Source: an uncultured Nitrososphaerota archaeon
Lineage (GTDB): Archaea; Thermoproteota; Nitrososphaeria; Nitrososphaerales; Gagatemarchaeaceae
Reading direction: 5' to 3'
NCBI GenBank assembly: GCA_963838925.1
Contig: CAWISW010000003.1
Span: forward strand, 320,001 to 384,000
DNA length: 64,000 bases
Shown: positions 50,274 to 57,517 of the stretch, piece after piece
How the letters are laid out: every line of letters begins with the position of its first letter
Numbering within the stretch: the first letter of the stretch is position 1
Notes under the pieces: generated by a model
The model's database searches: none
Seen by the model: the letters and a program-made list of their open reading frames with translations, nothing else
Told to the model about the DNA's origin: nothing
Made by a program: the position numbers and the translations under genes

Positions 50274-50276
50274 GGA

Positions 50277-50310
50277 CGGCGGAGGCGCAATGAACCCTTA
50301 TGCATGGCGA
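50277..50310 (+). repeat. Repeat A copy 6
   Basis: CGGCGGAGGCGCAATGAACCCTTATGCATGGCGA, 3 nt after the stop of the preceding gene. Confidence 0.9.
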
Positions 50311-50396
50311 AGTCACTCATTTCCATTGCCGAAGCTCAGTCTAACTACCAAGTTCAAAAGAGACCTCCTGACTTCTACCTCACGCAGGGTTGCGGA

Positions 50397-51530
50397 GTGC
50401 CAAAGCGTGTTCCACATTTCCGTTCCAGCCGCTCGGCGGCGAGCATCTTTCTTGCCCTCTTGGTCGTCTGCATCATGCTCGCTCCCTTCGCCAGAGCCCA
50501 AGATGCAGTCACGTCCATCACTGTCGGATACTATCCTGATGCGGCAGCGTACGACGCTTCAAAGGGAGAGGTGTTCGTGGCCAATTCTGGCTCCGAGAGC
50601 CTGTCCGTGATATCCGACAGCAGCAATCAGGTTATCGCGACGGTAAGCTTGGGGAGCGCTCCGAATGATTTGGCCTATGATCCCGCAAGAGGAGAAGTGT
50701 TCGTGACCGATGCGGCCGCTAGCGACGTCCTCGTAATATCTGATACCACGAACTCAATCGTCGACACCATAGCGTTGCCCCCAAACAGTCAGCCCATGTA
50801 CATCGAGTACGACCCCTCGAAGGGCGAGATGTTCGTAGCAGATCGCGGCTCGGCCACAATCTCAGTGATATCTGATAGCGCCGACACGATTGTCGCGACC
50901 ATAATCATGCAACCCCAAACAAGCTCGTTTGTATACATGGCCTACGACTCTGCCAAGGTCGAGATGTTCCTCACCAATCCTGTGACTCACGACGTTTCCA
51001 TTGTCTCAGACACAACCAACACCGTCATCGCAAACGTGACCTTGCCTGCCATAGCAGATCCCACGAGCATAGTATTCGACCCCGCGAGGGGCGAGATGTT
51101 TGTGGCGAATTTCGATTCAAACATCTTCGTCATATCGGACAGCAGCAACACGCTAGTCGCGACGATGAATGCAGTTAGCGGATCAAAGGCCGAGGTCTAC
51201 GACTCGGCTCGGGGCGAGATTTTCGTAGCGAATGCTGACACTGCCTCGATCTCTATCATATCCGACAATAACAACACGGTCTTGACGACAGCGTTTTTGC
51301 CGATGGCAAGTACGCCCTCTGACCTTGCCTATGACTCCGCCAAGGGAGAGGTGTTCGCAACAGACTCAGGGGGTACCACAGTCTACGTCGTATCAGACGC
51401 ACAATCATCGACCATCACTACAAGTTCCACGGCCCCAGAATTCTCCCAAGGCGACACAGTCATCGTGATGGCGGCAATGATAATGTGCATTGCATTGCTG
51501 ACAAGGAACTATCGTTCAACGTGCGAGTGA
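50397..51530 (+). CDS. YVTN/YncE-type beta-propeller surface protein with PEF-CTERM-like tail (start uncertain)
   Basis: Seven YD.A(K/R)GE(V/M)FV...SVISD..N..(V/I)AT repeats; APEF + TM + RNYR. Confidence 0.85.
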   Translation: MPKRVPHFRSSRSAASIFLALLVVCIMLAPFARAQDAVTSITVGYYPDAAAYDASKGEVFVANSGSESLSVISDSSNQVIATVSLGSAPNDLAYDPARGEVFVTDAAASDVLVISDTTNSIVDTIALPPNSQPMYIEYDPSKGEMFVADRGSATISVISDSADTIVATIIMQPQTSSFVYMAYDSAKVEMFLTNPVTHDVSIVSDTTNTVIANVTLPAIADPTSIVFDPARGEMFVANFDSNIFVISDSSNTLVATMNAVSGSKAEVYDSARGEIFVANADTASISIISDNNNTVLTTAFLPMASTPSDLAYDSAKGEVFATDSGGTTVYVVSDAQSSTITTSSTAPEFSQGDTVIVMAAMIMCIALLTRNYRSTCE

Positions 51531-51571
51531 AATGCCACGGCGGAGGTGCAATGAACCCTTGTGCATGGCGA
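51509..51571 (+). repeat. Repeat A copy 7 (long)
   Basis: CTATCGTTCAACGTGCGAGTGAAATGCCACGGCGGAGGTGCAATGAACCCTTGTGCATGGCGA. Confidence 0.9.
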
Positions 51572-51645
51572 TTGCCCGCACTTTCAACAAGCTAGCGGAG
51601 CCTCCACACGGAATAATAGGCGCCGCCGCTATTCCCGCATCCAAG

Positions 51646-52326
51646 CTGAAGGCAAAGACGAGCGCCTATGTGGCCGCTCAAATCGCCGCTTTTGCTGCCG
51701 TGTTGGTCCTGATCTCATTGCCACTCGAGTCAGGGAGCCAGCAACCGATTTCGGCGCCCTCCACCAGTCAAGAGCTGACCTTCACATCGTTTAGTTGCAC
51801 TTCCACCTCGAAGGCCGTCACTAACGTGTTGCCCGTCAGCTCTGAATCCCAATTGCTTTCAATGGTCAACAGCAGCTTTACCGAGCATCTCCTGCATCTC
51901 GGCTCTAGAAACACCTTCGCGGCAACGAACGACTTCGAGGATGGGGCGCAAATGGCCTGGTCGGGGTCGGGGTTCGCCAACGCCGGAGGCTTCGCAGGAA
52001 ACTACACTGGGTTGCGGGCAATCAACGAGGTCTACGAGGGGCTCTTGGAAATCCCAACTTCACTCTCCATTGTCAACGAGAGCTGGACTTTGGCCACAAC
52101 CGGGCCAGAGTCGGCCGTGGTCCACTCTTCACTGGGATTCGAGGGATACGGCAACGCAACGCATGGGGAGGGCTTCGACGCCCAAGTCGTTGGAACAGAC
52201 TATTACGTGGCCGCAAACGGCTGGCAGATTTCGCAGGAATTCTGGAATTTCACGAGCTTCGACTGGCAATACTCGTTCTCAACAATGTTTGGCCCTGGCC
52301 CATCTGACGATTCGTGCTACCACTAG
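51646..52326 (+). CDS. Membrane-anchored NTF2/SnoaL-like protein (family A), probable CTG start
   Basis: LKAKTSAYVAAQ...VLVLISLPL aligns with N-termini of 48792 and 55090 genes; HLLHL.SRN, WQISQEFWNF. Confidence 0.78.
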   Translation: MKAKTSAYVAAQIAAFAAVLVLISLPLESGSQQPISAPSTSQELTFTSFSCTSTSKAVTNVLPVSSESQLLSMVNSSFTEHLLHLGSRNTFAATNDFEDGAQMAWSGSGFANAGGFAGNYTGLRAINEVYEGLLEIPTSLSIVNESWTLATTGPESAVVHSSLGFEGYGNATHGEGFDAQVVGTDYYVAANGWQISQEFWNFTSFDWQYSFSTMFGPGPSDDSCYH

Positions 52327-52341
52327 AGCATCCAGCGCCAG

Positions 52342-52396
52342 CTACCTATAGCTCAACGTACGAGTGAAATGCCCCGGGGGAGGCGCAACGATCCCT
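52342..52396 (+). repeat. Repeat A copy 8 (long 5' side, divergent 3' end)
   Basis: CTACCTATAGCTCAACGTACGAGTGAAATGCCCCGGGGGAGGCGCAACGATCCCT. Confidence 0.9.
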
Positions 52397-52568
52397 CTTC
52401 AAGAGAAACGGAATCCGCCAAGACGGGCTTATCTCGCGATTTGCCATTTCAGGACTTCGACGATGAGCATGGTCATGTCTCCAACCCTAGTCTGAACTCA
52501 GTCGAATCTCTCCGTGTAACGAAATGAACTCTTTTATACCGAGTCCGACCAAATAGTGCCGAACACAA

Positions 52569-52802
52569 ATGCCCATGGCTTTCGTGCTTATCAACGCAGA
52601 TTTAGGGGCCGAGGAGGAGCTGCTAAAGTCGCTCAGAGGGTTGGAGTTCGTACGCGATGTGTACGTCGTCTACGGAGTTTACGATATTATAGCTCGCGTC
52701 GAGGCCGACACCATGGAGAAGGTCAAGGAGACCATCACGTGGAAGATTCGCAGGCTCGACCGCGTCAGGAGCACCCTGACGATGATAGTCGTCGAGGGCT
52801 AG
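52569..52802 (+). CDS. Stand-alone Lrp/AsnC ligand-binding (RAM) domain protein
   Basis: MPMAFVLIN...VYGVYDII.RVEA...IRRLD.VRSTLTMIV; TTTTATA box at ~52532. Confidence 0.92.
   Translation: MPMAFVLINADLGAEEELLKSLRGLEFVRDVYVVYGVYDIIARVEADTMEKVKETITWKIRRLDRVRSTLTMIVVEG
52761..52802 (+). repeat. Repeat B copy 1 (3' end of Lrp gene)
   Basis: CGCGTCAGGAGCACCCTGACGATGATAGTCGTCGAGGGCTAG. Confidence 0.92.
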
Positions 52803-52887
52803 CTACACAACTCTCTGTCGCACGATAATCTTCGTGGCGACCGACAATTCCATGGCGAGCGAGACGGCCATGATAATCGCGAGATGA

Positions 52888-53682
52888 TTGAAGATGAACG
52901 GGAGAAACGCACTGTTCGCGCTCTTCGTGCTGCTCACACTTGTGTTCGCCGCCCTTTCCGTGCTGGAGTATGAGCAGGTCCAGACGTTGAGCTCACAGAC
53001 TCGTTCATCAAGCACAACAAGCACCACGAGTACGTCGCTCGGCCTTTCTTTCCCTCACACCGAGTCACAAATTAGCTCATTCTGCAACTTCGGACAACTA
53101 GTCGGTGGACCGGGCAGGGAAGACGCTGAGAATGCAACCGGTCAGACTGTGACCACCTTTAACATCCCGGTTCTCGTCATGAAGGTTCCCACCACGGCCT
53201 ACGCTTGCGTGACATACAAATCCTTGGTCAATGGGCCGGCGCCCTTGAATTACACTGCGGGAGAGAACTACACGCTTCCTTTTGCGTTCAGCCTTCGGGT
53301 CTGTCACAGGATAGGCCAGTCAGGGATGGGCTGCCTGCCATCCCAAGCTCTCTCAGGAGTCGCGTTCCCTTCTTCAATTGCTCTCACGAACTCGACTACG
53401 ACGTTCACGGTGGTCTACAACATCACATCGACGGTTGGATCGACGGGATTCTACGATGACGCGGGGGATGTCTACTGGGGTTATCCTCTCGCCGTAGGGT
53501 ACCAGGACTCCCAGCTGAATTCGTCAGACTTTAGCCTTGTCCTTCCCTTGGGAAGCGGAGGAGGGCTCTATGAGCCGATTCAGTCTACTTCGGTCAGCGT
53601 GATTGGGATGGACTGGACTTACGTCCAATTCCAGTGCGTCATCACCAGACTAAGCTGCTCCTTTGGACCTGTCGGCGGCTAG
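52888..53682 (+). CDS. Secreted hypothetical protein (cassette between repeat B copies 1 and 2)
   Basis: N-terminal TM, Ser/Thr linker, Cys-containing domain. Confidence 0.78.
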   Translation: MKMNGRNALFALFVLLTLVFAALSVLEYEQVQTLSSQTRSSSTTSTTSTSLGLSFPHTESQISSFCNFGQLVGGPGREDAENATGQTVTTFNIPVLVMKVPTTAYACVTYKSLVNGPAPLNYTAGENYTLPFAFSLRVCHRIGQSGMGCLPSQALSGVAFPSSIALTNSTTTFTVVYNITSTVGSTGFYDDAGDVYWGYPLAVGYQDSQLNSSDFSLVLPLGSGGGLYEPIQSTSVSVIGMDWTYVQFQCVITRLSCSFGPVGG

Positions 53683-53712
53683 GGAGGCGCCCTTGGGACA
53701 ACAAATAACCAA

Positions 53713-53754
53713 CGCGTCAGGAGCACGCTGACGATGATCGTCGTCGAAGGCTAG
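53713..53754 (+). repeat. Repeat B copy 2
   Basis: 39/42 identical to Lrp 3' end; all three changes synonymous. Confidence 0.92.
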
Positions 53755-53765
53755 GTGTTAATGCT

Positions 53766-54014
53766 TCAATCGTAAGCTGAGCTTCTCGGCGCAATCTTGA
53801 AGACGAGTATCTCGTCTTGAGGAAGTATCGAGTACAGGACGCGAATGTCGCCGACTCTCAGCCTGTAAGAATTCAAGGCTCCCTTGAGCTTCTTGCAACC
53901 GGGCGGATACGGAGTGTCGATAAGTTCGGAAATCTTGGACCCCAATCGAGCCTTCAAGTCCGCCGAAGCACTGTCGAGGCTTTTCCTTGCCTTGGTCGAC
54001 AGGTATACCTTCAA
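53766..54014 (-). CDS. relE: RelE/ParE family toxin
   Basis: PYPPGCKKLKG...YRLRVGDIRVLY...FKIAPR..AY. Confidence 0.9.
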   Translation of the reverse strand: MKVYLSTKARKSLDSASADLKARLGSKISELIDTPYPPGCKKLKGALNSYRLRVGDIRVLYSILPQDEILVFKIAPRSSAYD

Positions 54015-54184
54015 CGCTTGCTTTTCCTGACGAAGGGAACGGTCTTGCCTTCCTGATGCTCCTTCAGCGCTTCTCTTCGGGCAGCCTTGTCGTCCTCGGA
54101 CATCTGCTCTGCCAAGGCGTCCTCGATTGAATCGAGCCGCTCACGTATCAGCTTTAGTTCTCTCTCGACCGCCGACGCCATCAT
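54011..54184 (-). CDS. Cognate antitoxin (57 aa; not in ORF track)
   Basis: MMASAVERELKLIRERLDSIEDAL...REALKEHQEGKTVPF; TTGA overlap with toxin start. Confidence 0.82.
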   Translation of the reverse strand: MMASAVERELKLIRERLDSIEDALAEQMSEDDKAARREALKEHQEGKTVPFVRKSKR

Positions 54185-54236
54185 CGATTGATTAGTCAGC
54201 TGAGATAATTAAACACAACAGCGCTCGAATCATCCG

Positions 54237-54260
54237 GACGATGATAGTCGTCGAAGGCTA
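54237..54260 (+). repeat. Repeat B copy 3
   Basis: GACGATGATAGTCGTCGAAGGCTA, 23/24 to Lrp 3' end. Confidence 0.88.
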
Positions 54261-54274
54261 CACGGGATTTCGCT

Positions 54275-55090
54275 CTAAGTGCAATCCTCGTTAGGGCCTG
54301 GAAACAGACAGACGATGGGCGAGGCGACCGCCGGACTTCCAGAGGGACCAGTCGCCACAAAGAAGCTCAGCGTGACGAGGCCGCCCCACGCGTCGCCAAC
54401 GGCTATCGTGTAGTTGGCTCCTGGGTCCCATTGCGTTGGCGCCCCAATGTACAGAATTGGGCCTCCGTTAGGCAGGTGAGAGGGATCCCAGTACCCCGCG
54501 ACCCGCACCGAAGCGTTCGAAGAAAACGACTGGCTTAGCGTGTAGTTGTCGTTGCAAATCGCGCAAGCCGGGACCTTCATGGTGGCGTTGTCGCTCTGAG
54601 GCGGGAAGAGGTACCAGAGAGCCGCCCCGTTCTCCATGCAGAGGATGTGCACCGGCGTCCCGCTATACAGCAGTCCCTGGACTGAGGAATCATTGTAGAA
54701 TCCCTTCAGCACCACGAACTCGTATGGCTCGTTCCAGTTGCACCAAGGATCCGGGGCCAGAGGGAATCCTAGAAATGGGAAGTGCCACGTCAGCTGGCCG
54801 CTCGAGGCATAGGCCGCGAAATCCTCTCCGCTGGCGTTTAGAGCGTTTGGGTTCTTGTTGTAGAGCGCAATCGAGAAGGTGATGCTCTGATTCGGCTGGA
54901 TGCCGCCCGCCGCGTTATCTGAGACTTCGAGCGTCAATCCCTGAGCGTCTGTCGCCTGAGCGGAAGTCACGAATCTTTCAATACCGGAGCTCCCGACGCT
55001 GGGCGAACCGATGGGCAGTGAGACGAGCAGAAGCACCCCGACCATCATCAAAGCCAATGCCACTGCGAAGCCTGCTTCCTTCGTCTTCAT
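54275..55090 (-). CDS. Secreted protein (family B)
   Basis: GLTLEV...QSDNA...AGYW...PGANY...DAWG. Confidence 0.8.
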   Translation of the reverse strand: MKTKEAGFAVALALMMVGVLLLVSLPIGSPSVGSSGIERFVTSAQATDAQGLTLEVSDNAAGGIQPNQSITFSIALYNKNPNALNASGEDFAAYASSGQLTWHFPFLGFPLAPDPWCNWNEPYEFVVLKGFYNDSSVQGLLYSGTPVHILCMENGAALWYLFPPQSDNATMKVPACAICNDNYTLSQSFSSNASVRVAGYWDPSHLPNGGPILYIGAPTQWDPGANYTIAVGDAWGGLVTLSFFVATGPSGSPAVASPIVCLFPGPNEDCT

Positions 55091-55218
55091 TTACCAGGCG
55101 TCTTGAGGTCACTGATTCAATATTAATGATGCGAAGCAATCCTCTGCGTAGCCTTGCTGGCGAATAGGAATATTTAGGTCAAGGAATTATATATATTAGG
55201 AATATCACCGCAGAGACC

Positions 55219-55416
55219 GTGAAGCCGCCCTTCCTCGTGGTCGCAAGAAATGGTGATCTGGTCAACAAGTTCGAGCAGGACTCGATGCTGAGGGCCGTCA
55301 ACCTCAAGGACTTTCTGGAGGGGCTCGGGGACTATCAGGAGGTCTCCATCTTCCAGCTCTCCCTCAACAGCGGCCAGAGCAAGGAGTGGGTGAAGCTGGA
55401 CGTCTTCGAGTCCTAG
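55219..55416 (+). CDS. Small hypothetical protein
   Basis: Host-like codons, strong TTATATATA box upstream. Confidence 0.65.
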   Translation: MKPPFLVVARNGDLVNKFEQDSMLRAVNLKDFLEGLGDYQEVSIFQLSLNSGQSKEWVKLDVFES

Positions 55417-55430
55417 GGCGGGCTTCTGCA

Positions 55431-56492
55431 TCATCGCGTTCCCTCGTACATCCTGACGACCGCCCTGAGCTGCGCCCTGCTCAGCTCGACCGGGGGGCTG
55501 GCCTGGGACTTGACCACAATCATCTGCGACTGCGAGGCGGGGCCCGCGTCGGCTATCCGCATCCCGACTGGCTCGCCGCTAGTCGCGAGCAGGCTGCTCA
55601 GGAACGCGGTGTACTGGTCGGGGCTCGGCCAGGTCAGCCTCCCCCCGATTGCCTTGAAGACCTCCATTAGGAGGGGAGGGTGGACGAACTCCTGGGGTGA
55701 AGACGGAACCTTTCCTCGGCCGTCGCGCCCCCGGTCGACCCTCCTGTAGAGTCCAAGGGACATCCCGAAGCCTTTCTCCTGTCTGATGGAGATGACGTCA
55801 TAGGTGCGGGACATCAAAGCTGTCGACCAGTCGTTCTTGCCGATCTTGGAGGCCTGCAGGGAGGGTTGGAGCAGCGCAAGCGCCTGCCCGGAGTCCAGCG
55901 GCAGCAGGTAGGCACCGAGCGCGGAAAGGGAGAGGGCGGTCTCCTTGAGGGCGGTCAATATCGCCTCCTCGGCCGACCGCTCGGTCGGGGCCATCCTTTC
56001 GACCACGACGTAGATGGACGGAGTATCGGAGGCGGACACCATGACGGTCCCGGTCACGCCAGCCAAGGCCCTGCCCACGTCGCGGGTCAACGGCTTCACC
56101 TGGGCGACTGCTACCCACGAGACCGGGAGCGGCGACGACCTGAGAAGGATTGACTCTTTGACAGGCTTCAGCGTGGACCCGAGGGCTGACATCGGGAGCC
56201 GGCCCCAGAGCATCACGAGCACCCCGAGAGCCCCAAAGACGAGCGGGGAGGAGGGGCCGTGGGCGAGGTACCCTAGGAACGCGAGCAGGAAGAGGAATCC
56301 TGCGAGGCCGTACCTGACCGGGAACTTCCCCCTCGGCTTCCCCCTGTCCTGAGACGCCGGCTTGCGCTTCCTAGCCCTCAAGATAGGCGGGAGGAGGAGC
56401 CAGGCGAAGATCAAGAGCGTCAGCTCCCACACTCCCGCGCCGAGAAACATTAGGGCGAGGAGGACCGCCAGAGACTTGCCCAGCCAGCCCAT
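55431..56492 (-). CDS. Membrane protein (4 N-terminal TMs + soluble domain)
   Basis: Hydrophobic hairpins, basic linker; TGATG overlap with upstream RadA paralog. Confidence 0.78.
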   Translation of the reverse strand: MGWLGKSLAVLLALMFLGAGVWELTLLIFAWLLLPPILRARKRKPASQDRGKPRGKFPVRYGLAGFLFLLAFLGYLAHGPSSPLVFGALGVLVMLWGRLPMSALGSTLKPVKESILLRSSPLPVSWVAVAQVKPLTRDVGRALAGVTGTVMVSASDTPSIYVVVERMAPTERSAEEAILTALKETALSLSALGAYLLPLDSGQALALLQPSLQASKIGKNDWSTALMSRTYDVISIRQEKGFGMSLGLYRRVDRGRDGRGKVPSSPQEFVHPPLLMEVFKAIGGRLTWPSPDQYTAFLSSLLATSGEPVGMRIADAGPASQSQMIVVKSQASPPVELSRAQLRAVVRMYEGTR

Positions 56493-57517
56493 CAGTGGAA
56501 CCCCTCGTCGTCGATGTAGGCGTGCCCGTACCTCGAGAAGTCCTCGAGTGCGGGGTGCCGGTGCACCCAGAACGCCCGCCCGTCGGTGTCCACCTTGATG
56601 GTGTCCTCGGGGTTCACCGAAGTAGCGTCCTTGTTCCTCTTCGACGTGTTCTTCGTCAGCTCGAAGCTAAACTTCGCCTCGTGCCCGAGCGTGATCCCGC
56701 CGTAGGGCTTCCCCCTGTCCCAGGCGGCCATCGGGTTTATCGACGCGTGGCTCGTCACGACGACCGCGATGCCGTACTCGACGCAGAGCCTCTGGGCGTG
56801 GGCGAGCAGTATGACCATTCCCGCGCTCCTCGCGGGGAGGTCCTGAGTGCCGAGGAATGCCGACTTGAATGGGGCGGAGATGGAGTCGTAGACCAGCAGC
56901 TTGGCCTTCGTCGCCTCGACTATCTGGTGGAGCGCGGACTGGTAGACCGGGGTGGACTTGAGCCTCAGCTCGACCCTCCCGCCCTCGGAGACTATCTTCT
57001 GCACGTCGTTGCCGTGCAACGCCAGCAGGTCGATGATCTCCGGCATCTGCACGATGAAGATGGACGGCTCCTCAGATTTGTCAAGGTTGACGGTAAAGTC
57101 GGGCGAGAGCACGTCGGCTATCGCGCTCATGTGGTTGTCGTTGTAGGCGACACCGATTCGGTCTAGGGTGCTGCTGATTGCGGTCACCAGCTCGCTCCGC
57201 GACGCCGCCTGGTCCTTCTTCTTGGCGGCGCGCGTGCTCCGCTCGAGCTTGAGCTCCTTGACTTTGATCTTGTCGCCAAACCTCTTCTCGAACCCCGGCC
57301 TCCGGTAGTCGACGAGGTAGCTGAAGTAGGACTGCTCGGTGTCAAGGATAACCGCGCTGCTGCCTGCGGCGACGGTCGAGTACGCGGCCTGCAGCGAGAG
57401 TATGCTCTTCCCGAGGGCCTTCTCGCCGAATATCTGGGTGATGGTCCCCGTCGAGAGCCCTCCGTCCGTCATGATGTCGAGCGCCTTGGCGCCAGTCTGG
57501 ATCTTGTCCATGGGCAT
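56492..57517 (-). CDS. RadA/RadB-like RecA-family ATPase with large insertion
   Basis: IQTG..ALD....GGL..GTITQIFGEKALGKS, LDTE, LLVYDSIS, VVVTSH, PYGG..LGH. Confidence 0.85.
   Translation of the reverse strand: MPMDKIQTGAKALDIMTDGGLSTGTITQIFGEKALGKSILSLQAAYSTVAAGSSAVILDTEQSYFSYLVDYRRPGFEKRFGDKIKVKELKLERSTRAAKKKDQAASRSELVTAISSTLDRIGVAYNDNHMSAIADVLSPDFTVNLDKSEEPSIFIVQMPEIIDLLALHGNDVQKIVSEGGRVELRLKSTPVYQSALHQIVEATKAKLLVYDSISAPFKSAFLGTQDLPARSAGMVILLAHAQRLCVEYGIAVVVTSHASINPMAAWDRGKPYGGITLGHEAKFSFELTKNTSKRNKDATSVNPEDTIKVDTDGRAFWVHRHPALEDFSRYGHAYIDDEGFH

Noticed and set aside
45548-51645. Extended N-termini of ORFs 45548, 50304 and 51532 (e.g. RRR.NEPLC)
   Set aside because: They are translations through repeat A; the repeat has indels between copies and better starts lie downstream.
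43064-52396. Repeat A as a CRISPR array
   Set aside because: Intervals are 0.7-2.2 kb and contain genes; repeats are degenerate; no cas genes.
43064-52396. Repeat A as classical integron attC sites
   Set aside because: No RYYYAAC/GTTRRRY boxes or long imperfect palindrome; genes lie in both orientations with own promoters; no IntI seen.
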